From positions 1 through 64,000 of the forward strand of contig CBFFRP010000016.1 in the NCBI GenBank assembly GCA_965644295.1: a DNA stretch of 64,000 nt. Direction: 5' to 3'. The notes beneath the pieces are model-generated. The model worked only from the letters and a program-made list of their open reading frames with translations, had not been told where the DNA came from and did not search any database. This document shows positions 1 to 10,710 of this stretch, piece by piece. The position numbers were made by a program, and so were the translations under genes. Position 1 is the first letter of the stretch. Every line of letters begins with the position of its first letter. Source of the stretch: Paraphysomonas bandaiensis. Taxonomy: Eukaryota > Protista > Chrysophyceae.

Positions 1-153
1 TATCAATGGAAAGATTAAAAAAATTTGCTAATTTAAAAGTATAGGAATATCATTCTATTCAAAATATTTTTTCAAAATATTTTATTCTATTCAAAATTAT
101 TTATTATAAAATATTTTATAATCTAAGCATATATTATACAATATGGACAAGCT

Positions 154-1120
154 GACTGGTAGTAGGTAGTAGGTAGGGGTTGTCCAGGAGGGAGGCCTCG
201 GTAGCCTACTGGGTGATGTCAAGAAGCTCACGGAAGAATACATTACAGCATCCTCTGGGTCATTAGGGTCAATCATGGGATGAGTACTGGGGCTCTCCTG
301 ACTGGTAGTAGGTAGTAGGTAGGGGTTGTCCAGGAGGGAGGCCTCGGTAGCCTACTGGGTGATGTCAAGAAGCTCACGGAAGAATACATTACAGCATCCT
401 CTGGGTCATTAGGGTCAAGCAAGGGATGAGTACTGGGGCTCTCCTGACTGGTAGTAGGTAGTAGGTAGGGGTTGTCCAGGAGGGAGGCCTCGGTAGCCTA
501 CTGGGTGATGTCAAGAAGCTCACGGAAGAATACATTACAGCATCCTCTGGGTCATTAGGGTCAAGCAAGGGATGAGTACTGGGGCTCTCCTGACTGGTAG
601 TAGGTAGTAGGTAGGGGTTGTCCAGGAGGGAGGCCTCGGTAGCCTACTGGGTGATGTCAAGAAGCTCACGGAAGAATACATTACAGCATCCTCTGGGTCA
701 TTAGGGTCAAGCAAGGGATGAGTACTGGGGCTCTCCTGACTGGTAGTAGGTAGTAGGTAGGGGTTGTCCAGGAGGGAGGCCTCGGTAGCCTACTGGGTGA
801 TGTCAAGAAGCTCACGGAAGAATACATTACAGCATCCTCTGGGTCATTAGGGTCAAGCAAGGGATGAGTACTGGGGCTCTCCTGACTGGTAGTAGGTAGT
901 AGGTAGGGGTTGTCCAGGAGGGAGGCCTCGGTAGCCTACTGGGTGATGTCAAGAAGCTCACGGAAGAATACATTACAGCATCCTCTGGGTCATTAGGGTC
1001 AAGCAAGGGATGAGTACTGGGGCTCTCCTGACTGGTAGTAGGTAGTAGGTAGGGGTTGTCCAGGAGGGAGGCCTCGGTAGCCTACTGGGTGATGTCAAGA
1101 AGCTCACGGAAGAATACATT
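154..1120. repeat. Tandem array of a 146-bp unit, about 6.6 copies
   Basis: Unit starts GACTGGTAGTAGGTAG at 154, 300, 446, 592, 738, 884 and 1030; the last copy is truncated at about 1120. Copies look identical except copy 1 (AATCATGGGA vs AAGCAAGGGA). No spacers. Confidence 0.98.
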
Positions 1121-1199
1121 CTAGTTTGACTAACTTAAACTTCTCTTACAACGATCTTAATCATCTGAAAATGGTCATTAGTCAATAGTCTAACTAGTA

Positions 1200-1275
1200 T
1201 GTCTAGCATTCATCTAGCTACTAAATCGGTGCAGGTTTTTAACGCCTATTGCTAAATAAAAGACTTTCAATATAC
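1200..1275. mobile_element. Solo arm of the fold-back repeat (family C)
   Basis: TGTCTAGCATTCA.CTAGC...GGTGCAGGTTTTTAACGCCTATTGCTAAATAA matches the reverse complement of 33773-33846. Confidence 0.8.
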
Positions 1276-1588
1276 AGTCATTTAAGTTTTACCCATCCAC
1301 ATGATGATACGCTTAATACAGAATGCAAATTATTACTGGTCGAAATTCACTAATCGATTTCATATGTGGCACACAATGGAAACAGTCTAAACACTCAAAA
1401 ATGTTATATTCCGAAATTTAGTGGATGTAGGGAAATCTTACAACCTCTTAAAATTACAACGCTACATCATATTATTAACGTATACGAAATCAAAATATTT
1501 ACTTTCCTCATTGACAGCTACGGTAGAAGCACTAAACTGGCGTGATAATCTCACGCAAAACCTCGTCGTAGGACTGCATATGTAGATG

Positions 1589-4500
1589 CTACAACGTGTT
1601 TGCACTCATATTTTCAAAGCCCAACAAGCGGCATGCAAAAGAAGTTGAGTCAATATCAGAGATATCATTAGCTTCATCGTCTTGGGGCTTCCCACCCAGG
1701 AGTGTAGCTATGCATTGCTCTAAATCTCGAGGCGCCATAGACTCTCCTTCCGATTTCAATAACTTTTGTAACTCCGACCAGCTCACTGCCCCATCGCTAG
1801 ATTCATTTAACCTGACAACAATAGTGAAACAAGACGTGATATTAGTGGGAAAAACCTTTGTCCGATAACCTCGAACGCTGAATCTATGTCACTGCTGCTT
1901 AGAGCATTTACAGGGCGGTGATTTATATAAAGTTTAATAACATCATCGAGCGATATATCATCTTGTGCGTAACCCGTAACCATAAAGTTTTTATACCGTA
2001 CCTTTAACCATGTTATATATAGTACACACAAGAAAAACAGTCATCACCTCATTACACATATTTTCAATTTCCTCTTCAGTAGGGTAATATCCTACGGCAC
2101 GCATTAGAGATGCAATTTCTTCCACTGGTATCCTCCCTACTCAAAGTTATTAATTTCATTTCTTTTCAAAATATTGTGATACCAGTTACAGCACGAGATT
2201 CCATTGTATTTTCGCCTTGATTCCGCAATTGACACAGATAAAAATAGTCGATTATATCGTTGTGAAGTTCACCGTCACTGCCACCCTCTAGTAGGTCAAG
2301 AAATGTTGATAACGTCTCGGCACCAGGGGGAGGGAGAGCTCCGCAATCAATAGAAAACATTCCCACAGTTAAGTCGGCACCACCAGCAGTAAAAAGATAT
2401 TTTCCATCGTGTGATGTACAAATACCAGAAATTCTGCCGGGGTGAGCAACCAGACCCATTACCTAACCGTACAAAATGATACCAACTACAAGTACATTTG
2501 CATCGGAAACCTGCGTAGGATTGCCAGTTAATGGTAGACATCCGATTCCAACGATACGTTCTGCAGTGGAATACACGTAGTGACTGGAAACACCATCAAT
2601 GTTTAGAACGAGCAGCCTGTTTGGAGGACCACCGAATGTAGGAGCCAAAGTAGTTTTGCGACATTGTTTCGAGTCAGCATTGAACTCCTTCAATTTAAAC
2701 TCGTCATTGGCGACAATAAACCTGTGGGAGCATAAATACTTCAATTCAGAAATTGGTCAAACTACCTATCCTCAATATCATCATCGATATGTGGATGCCA
2801 TACAATTGCAGTTGGTCTTGCAGTTAACTCCACTCTCGTTGCCCCAGGGTCAAGCAAATGAAGACCATTTTTCACTGACGACCGCGCTAAGTCATATTCA
2901 ACACAGTGTCTGTAGGTGTATAAATAATAGGAACCGATAATACTAAGATACAAACCTGTCTTCTCCAACAGAGATTAAGACCTCTCCGGTCTCGCGCATG
3001 CCGAATTCAATGCCTGTTACTGCACTGGAGTGGGCTAAAGCACGACCTATATATATATAGGCATCTTTGGACATGTTAGAGTGGTAGGATATATCGTCAT
3101 CGTCTTCGTCTGCCGCTGAACGCTGACCACTTAATTCAGTTCTAGTGCAAATATTACAACAAAGATGTACACGTATTGTCACACCTTTTAAGTATAATTA
3201 CATGGTTAGAGCTATCGTATGCAGCCATGTACTGCCCACTTGGACTAAATTTTAAATGCACGATGGGCTCTCCAGAAGGTGAAAATGACATTACTTCTTC
3301 AAACGTATCACAATTTAAAAACTTTATATCCCCTGATGTAAATCCGACTGTAATGAATTCTCCAAGCGGGTCAAATGAAATGCATTGAGGGCGCAAAAAC
3401 AGCCTGAAATACAACATAAACTATGTGGTCCATTAATAGCGTACGTACTTTTCTGGAGCCCGTAGCCTGGTCGCCGAATTCGCTGTTAGGGACTTGACAG
3501 CCCTTGCGTTAAATTCTTTTAAATTCATCAACAGCTTCATATCGTAGTCCCAAACTTGTAGTATTCCATTGGAGCAGCAAATGGCCACCAGGGTCTTAGA
3601 AGGATGACAACATAAGTCACATACACTATCAGCCATACCCTAGAGGTGCGTCATACACAGATCGAGCTGATATTCTACACACACCTGAACAAGTAATGTT
3701 CCCCTCCTGTCATCGGGGCTAACTTCGTCATAAACGGAACTCTCAACACCTAAAAATAAATAAGAGTTGCAATATCACAGCAATAAATCTAGGTGACGCA
3801 CCCACAATGAAAGCCTCGGCCGTACCAACCTATAAAAATTTCATCAGAATAACAAGTTAACATCAGTATCACAATGACCATGAAATCAGGGACCCAAAAG
3901 TGCATGCCAGGTCCACCTCCTTCACCATCAGGAAATGGACATTTTTGATTCGAAAAAGACAGCGATGTCACAGGTCCGGCAGCAAGATCTTCGAACCATG
4001 CTTCCAAACGACGGGAAAAGTCGTAAAAACGCACTGCTCCGTCTGAGCAAGCAATGACAAGGTAATCGTTGGCAGTTGTCATTGTATTTATTGAACAATC
4101 AACAAGTCGTATAACCTGAAATTCATGAAACAAAACATTGTCTATAGTAGATAAATATACGTACTTTAGATGCCATTTTCATATTGCGATCGTTTGGGTC
4201 ATCGAGAAGAACAGTGGAAAATTGATTGCCCCAAACAACAACAAAACCTTCATTTGTTGCTGTTAAGGCATTTCCACTGTCAGAAAAAAAGATCGTTGAG
4301 GTGAACTTTCCGGAATAGTGTCCAAAATCAGTCTTAGATACTTTTCCTGTATACCCTTCCAGCTTGAACTCTTCCCAATCCCAGAAACATACAGTTTTGC
4401 TCCCGGTTGTAGATATCTCTGATTGCTTAGATGGATTAAATCTGATTTCATAATGATGATCTGGAGATATTACGGTTTCTCTCAGAAGTGGGGTATCCGT

Positions 4501-5099
4501 CTCTCTCGTCCATGCCCATACAGCTATTTCTTGTTTCGATCCCTGAAAAAAAGAGATATATCACTACAACCAATAGATAACAGGCACGAGGCTACAATAA
4601 GGAAGGTAATCACGAAGAGCTAGTACAGTTTGATTTGCCTTATTAATGGTTATGTCACACTTACTGGAGCCGCAACACTCAAGGTGCAGAGAAATAGAGC
4701 ATCGTCCGAAATATCAACGGACTCCACACCGAGTGGATGCGGTGAGAATAAAGTTTTCACCGGAGCCCCCGAAAGAGAGTCCCAAACCACTAATATAGAA
4801 TCTGTTCCAGAGTCAGCAGTAACAATCCAGCGCTTATCTTTACTGACTGCACAGCAAGTTATAAAATTACAGTGTCCCTGCAGAACAGTTTGTGTCCTGT
4901 ACTCATAGTCGTATATTATGCCGGAGTGAGCAGACACACAAAATAGAGCATTTCGTCCACTTTTAGTGAGACTTTTAACACCCCCGACAATATCTTTGCT
5001 GAAGCCAAACATCCATTGCACGCACTGTTATGGAGCGCATATTAAATATCGTCATAAACATAAGCGAATACAAACCAACGCATTGGAATTGTCTGCCAT
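1589..5099 (-). CDS. CFAP251: Cilia- and flagella-associated protein 251 (WDR66), WD40 repeats plus C-terminal EF-hand-like region; multi-exon
   Basis: Spliced product MADNSNAL/CVQWMFGFSKDIVGGV...LQGHCNFITCCAVSKDKRWIVTADSG...; later GLVAHPGRISGIC, IDYFYLCQLRNQGE, IKLYINHRPV, LKSEGESM are CFAP251-type motifs. Introns checked are GT-AG. Confidence 0.9.
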
Positions 5100-5479
5100 T
5101 CTCCTAGTACCAAGAAACCTCACAAAACTGAGCTTTACGAAGAGTTACGCTATGTATGTAACTCGCAGCACATGCATGTTATTGTGGATCTGTTATGAAC
5201 TGCTCTGTACAGGGGGGTTGGGGTCATACACACAGTGACAGTGAGATGCAGTCTACAGCCACATTCATATACAAGGCACACAGTATACTGTGCGAAACTG
5301 CCAGAGTGTATACTCCACTGTGTAGATATAAGAAATACACGATTTTAGAGGTGATGCTTCACCAAATCCCGCAATTTTATACTTTTTCTTCTTTTTTTCT
5401 CCAGATTTTTCAAAAATTTCTATATTCAAAATCCCATTCGCTGCTGATGTGAGTGGTACTCGTATACAGCAGTATACGG

Positions 5480-6470
5480 TGTTATACGACGTAGTACCAC
5501 AGCTTTTTGTGCGGAACGGGCTACTGAAATATAGCGTTGGTATTATGCAAGTACAGACTGCTGATTGGCTAGCGGTGTTGTTGGATCAAGCGTCTTTGCG
5601 TGGATCCTCCAGTGGACCATACCATGCATCAACTACATTGGAGAGATTCACTTTCACTAAGTCCTTCACAATGGAATCAGATAGCGATCACGACAAACCT
5701 ACTTTCATGCTTCTTATGGTCTTCACACAGAGAGGGAGAGGGGCAAGGGGGCGCTCATGCCGCTAAGTGGGCATGTTGATCTCCTCGTCTACATATTGGC
5801 TCCTGACCGTCTTCTTAATGTGTTTCTTTTACACTAATTCTTATGGATTCCTATATATGTCAATGACGCTTCTAACATCCTCCGCAGTCAACCCATCGCT
5901 GACTAGGTTCATGGCGTCGAGTTCTGTGTTAATCCGAACTCCTCATAAGATCCAAAGACTCTCTTGCCTTATAGTTACCTCGCGTTCCTTCATTGAAACG
6001 GTTGTTACATCGACAGTTCTTTGTTCCCACTCTTTCACGTCAAAACATCTACCTTGTTGCGCCTATGGAATACAAGTTCTCTATCCAGTAAGCATAATGT
6101 ATATGACACTCCCTGACTGTAGAGTGCTGGGTACAGGTCTTCTACATCTGCTGGACACAGCAGATTAGCATGTAAAGAACTTCTCCTATCCAACGCATAT
6201 CCAGACAGTCCGGCTACTGTGCAACCACAAATCGCTTGCTGTACTTTACTAATCACAACAGCACATATTACTTGATTGTCCATCAATACTTTTCAAACAC
6301 TCGAAGATCTCTCCTCTAGAAGCAAAAACGTTGAGAACTATATCGAAACACTGTTTTTCTTGTGGTTCCAGATTACAACATAAGAGTGGGCTTCAAATTT
6401 TGCACTCATGCTTCATAGATTACTACCATTGTGGGCCCTTTTACTAACAGTTGTTCTCGCAACTACTGTT
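5480..6470 (-). pseudogene. Degenerate coding relic, possibly a MULE/SWIM-type transposase fragment
   Basis: Coding-like composition broken by stops and frameshifts; CGC...G segment and a terminal KSCGTTSYN resemble decayed SWIM and Zn-knuckle motifs; abuts repeat A. Weak. Confidence 0.25.
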
Positions 6471-6475
6471 CATAT

Positions 6476-6760
6476 CCTCAACAAAGTCGGACTCGCACCT
6501 TTTCGTGGTGTTCTTGAGAGAAGTACCGGAGAGATTTCTCCGGGAAACTAACATGAGTCACAAACAGTGATAGCAGATAACGTTCTGCCCACTCATAGCC
6601 GAGTGCTTATGTGGTACAAGGAACACCAATAAGTGTCACTTGTGTAGACGTCTTTGGGCCCTGACGAATAAACGGGCATCCCGGAATGGGCCCACCTGAA
6701 GGGAAACCGGGGTATTGGGCTTCCTGCTGAAGTCAAGCATCCGGGATGTTCACCTTAAGG
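6476..6760 (+). mobile_element. Dispersed ~285-bp non-autonomous element (family A), full copy 1
   Basis: CCTCAACAAAGTCGG...CACCTTAAGG; collinear with 19917-20203, 61603-61895 (reverse) and 62694-62937. Confidence 0.9.
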
Positions 6761-6836
6761 ACTCAAAAGAGCCTGAAGTCAGCAGATGTCAGGTATATCA
6801 ACATTCTGCTTGCTCACGGCGTTTGATTTGAGTGAT

Positions 6837-7020
6837 AGAGTGAATGTGGTTGCACCTTGGTGCTTGCGGTGACGCAAAAGCAGCTTCCGTGGCGTTAAAT
6901 AGTAGGATAATAGAGTGTGTACGTTTGTACTAGTTAGTTACAGGTAGACGTCTATCTAGCTTAACAAGTTTCATCTACCTACTAAGCTCGGGCTGATTCT
7001 AATAATCAAAAGACAATTCG
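6837..7020 (-). mobile_element. Dispersed repeat family B, degenerate copy
   Basis: AGAGTGAATGTGGTTGCACCTTGGTGCTTGCGGTGACGCAAAAGCAGC is the reverse complement of 61550-61600 and related to 14740-14795. Confidence 0.75.
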
Positions 7021-7496
7021 CTTCGTAGATACTACAGATATTTTTGTTACAAGAAGTTATGGTGTTTCCCTACACCTACAATACGATGTACCTCATGTTT
7101 GCAAAAATCGAAGAGGTAAGCCAGAACTTGGATTATATATTTGGACTTTTCTTATGTACTATTAAATATCCTGGTGCTAAACCACAATATTATACTTTTG
7201 ATATGAAACCTCAACATCACCACTTAAAGAACAGGAAAATGCGAACACTGATACCCATTTCCTGATATATTTTCGATGAGTGAACAAAACTTTAGCTATG
7301 TAAAAAGTACTTTTCTTTTATAAGAATATATTATGATTGGTAACTATATATGAAACAATATTGTACTTCCTATAAATGAATAGTCATGCATGCAAATGAC
7401 AATCTAGCTACTCATGTGTGTCGTGTACATACGGTATCATGGTACGTTACATACGCACTAAGTAATAATCGAGGAAGCCAAGTTCTCATACATATT

Positions 7497-10212
7497 TTAG
7501 CATATCGTGCATTGACACCCAGCAGAGCCCTGATGATTCGCCATGGCAGTCTGCATTTCACTCATTTGCTTTTCAAGTTTCGACACTTTACTTTCCAAAT
7601 CTCCGACCTACACATTAGTTACACGACACTGCTACAAATCGCTAGATTCAACATTTCACCTTGTTCTGTAGAGCCACCATGTCCTCTGCTTGCTGCACCC
7701 TCGCTTCAGCAGCCTCCGAATTCAAGGTGCCACTTTGTACCATTCCCGCTCTCACTGCTGCTGCTCTAGATCCCGGCTTCGTAGCAGACTGCTTTTCCGT
7801 GGTAGTAACCTTAGACATCATCACAGACCCAGCAGGCATCGAATCTCCACCTGGCTCATCACTGCCAATGGTTTCTACTTGGTCCAGAACTTGATTGAAT
7901 ACCACCCCACCTACTCCAGAGGCAATGGCATCTGTTGGCACTTCCACACCGGCAACCTTGAGTTCCTTTGTTACTTTTACAACCCCGCCGACATCAGGCA
8001 TGTCCACATTATCGGCCAGTGCTCTGATACCTGACGCGACCGCCTCACCGACCCCATATCCTTCTTTAGAAGAAACCTTAGTAACTGACCCCTTTTCTCC
8101 CCCAGGAGGAGTCCCATCCTCCTCTGGGTTGATTAGATACCAACCCGGTGCCTGGTTATCATAGGCCATCTACAAACACGAAGTGAGAAAAATCAAGCAA
8201 AAAAATATCAGACAAAAGAATAACAACAGCAGTACCTTTTCAAAAAAGCCTTGCTCGCGGAGCTTCTCAATCAGCTGGTCTTGTTCGGTCGATGTGAGAA
8301 AAGGGTTCGTGATGTAGGTGTTGAACTCATCATCGTCGCTCGTCTTATAGGCATCGTAGATACCTTTCACACATTCAACCCCGGTGGAAAGAAGACCCAA
8401 AGGGTTACCCATCCCGATGTCGATGACAGCTTTTCCAGCTTTAGCCAGGCTGAATCCCATTTTGAGCCACTTACTCCACTCCTTTGATATAATGGGATAC
8501 TCATAACCAGTGTGCACACACTCGAAGTGAAGAATAAGAGTCTTTCGTAGAGTTCCGACAACCTGAGATAAATGAGTAATCGTCTCGTATACACATGGTA
8601 CATTAATTCACCTCCAGCCGTTTAGGACTAGGAAGCTTCTTCACAATATCTCCCACAAAATCTTTGACTGCAGAAGTAATGAGAATGACAAGAAATCGTA
8701 ACTGCTTATACGCACCATCAGCAATGTTGGCATCTACATAGGCTATGACATCTTCAAAGTTGGCACAACTCTCCGCAACCTTAGTATTGAGCGCATCAAT
8801 ACGAGCCTCCATCGAATCAACACGTGTCTCAAGTGATAACAGAGAGCGCCTGGGGACAGACAATGATTAAGAAAAGGAGTTCTGGACAGGATAGTTCTAC
8901 GAATACCCGGCATAAAAATCTTCAATAGCTGTTACCATCACAGTACTCGCAGGTTTAAGAGATATTATGTACTCCATATGCGGTGTTAGAGCTTCGGTTG
9001 AAGAGAGATAGTCTTTAATATTAGAAAGCTCCGCGATGCATGCAGGCAAATAAGCAGCTTCACAAGATTTCATCACCTACGTGGAGTCAAATACTGAAAA
9101 GCAAGATACTGTTGACACACCTCAATCAAGTAACCCAGCAACTTGTCCGCCGCATCAGGGGGATTTTTCGCTTGTCCAGCGTTGGCAATACATCCAGCGA
9201 CAGCATACGAGGCGCCGTTGATGCCTTTACCAGCTTTCACAATATCTCCGATTAGTGGGTAGATTTCCTCAGGGGCCACTTTAGCGATCTCCTTTAATAT
9301 TCCAAGACTGATTGCACCCATCGCAGGGGCCTCAGTAATTTTCTGTAAAACCGTAGATATATAAGGTACTAGCTGCTTCGCATCCCGTGAAGCCACGTTG
9401 TTGACAATGGATGCAACATGCATCCAGTTCAATGAAAACACCTTATCTAGGTGCCGGTGAATGCATTCTGGATTATTAGTGTACAATTCCGGCATAGACA
9501 TGAAGGTAAATATTAAATCATCATAATCACCAGAGGCAATTATGTTCATGATATCCATTCCACTATCTTTCATACATTCTTTGTTGACATTAGCCATTGA
9601 GGTGAATGCTGCTTTGCAAGCATCCTTCAATTTCTTGGGGTAGTTCCCAGTCATGAATGTAGAAAGCACATGCATAGCATTCGGAATTGTGGTGCTTCCA
9701 GAATACGGTAATACACGCAGCAATGTGCACAGCATTTCACATCTCTCAGTGGACGCCTGCTCGTCTACATACACACCTTTTTCCTCCAGAGTCAGCTCGA
9801 GGGCAGAAAATTTCTCAAGCAGATCATAGGCACCAGGAGCAGCAGTGCTAGCAAAGGCTTGAGTAGAATCAAACATACAGCAAGTGCTCAGTATATTGGC
9901 TAACTTGTTGGCCCACTCTTGCTTTCCATTATAGGAAGACTCGCCCTCAATATTATCATCTGGCTGTGAGCCCAAATAATAAATGGTTGCATACATATCT
10001 TTCAAGTGACCAGAAAGGGGTTTTCCATGGGCTGGATTGGAGCATGCCCACAAAGAAAATGCCTCAGATATAGCATGTCTCGTTTCCCGTGAGTTGTTTT
10101 CGTCTTTCATTGCTTGCAATATATCTGACAGTTTCTCTTTAGCGAGCTCGCCTTTAGTCGACCGCTGGACGGAGTGCTCCAGGCCAAGAGTTTTCAACAT
10201 CTCAGTATCCAT
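7497..10212 (-). CDS. VEPH1/Melted-like ARM-fold protein, no PH domain, C-terminal CQCTIC; 7 exons
   Basis: Exons join through GT-AG introns to TAA at 7497. MPELYTNNPECIHRHLDKV, ILKEIAKVAPEEI, YVDANIADVKDFVGDIVKKLPSP, LILHFEC and DQLIEKLREQGFFEKMAYD resemble VEPH1/Melted blocks in the same order. Confidence 0.7.
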
Positions 10213-10229
10213 TGTTCGCTCTATGTACT

Positions 10230-10500
10230 ATGAGTAGTGTGTAATATAGTCGGCAGGAATTTGGTGTTATACTATGCAACCTCACCAAATCTGCTGTTGA
10301 CCTCTCGTGGTGTGGTATATCTTTGCAACGTGCTGTGGTTGTTTGTGTACTGCTGTATATGTATATCGGTATGGCATGGTACAGCAGTATATGCGAACTG
10401 TGTGTATGAATGTACTGCTGTATGTAGTTCAGTACGGCAGTACAGTCCATGCGTATATATGCGTGCAATCCGTAACCGGATATAGAGATACGGATGAACA
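10230..10500. promoter_or_regulatory. Divergent promoter zone with clustered TACAGCAGTA/TACTGCTGTA motifs (example locus)
   Basis: Exact motif at 10348, 10380 and 10413, near match at 10433, between the VEPH1-like and IFT74 starts. Confidence 0.5.
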
Positions 10501-10710
10501 TATCCGGACAGCAGCAACTCACACATAAAACGTTACATGAATCTGATAAGATGAGAGCGTGGCGCTATCTGGTTGACTCATTCAAAATTGTGATCTTGTC
10601 CTGTTAAATAACTACAATATAAGACTGAGGGTTGAAGTATCTCCTTGTTGTGCACTATTGAGATATCAGTAACATAAGAGTGTGGTATTAAGCTGTTTAT
10701 TTAATTCAGA

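Noticed and set aside
154-1120. CRISPR array, ribozyme multimer or coding repeat
   Set aside because: No variable spacers; no hammerhead core (CTGATGA...GAAA) on either strand; 146 is not a multiple of 3 and no long ORF spans the array.
10202-10528. Overlapping short ORFs in 5' intergenic zones (also 16418-16775, 23061-23270, 25604-26018, 37226-37510)
   Set aside because: Tyr/Cys/His/Thr-rich products expected from TATG/TACA-rich DNA; no recognisable domains.
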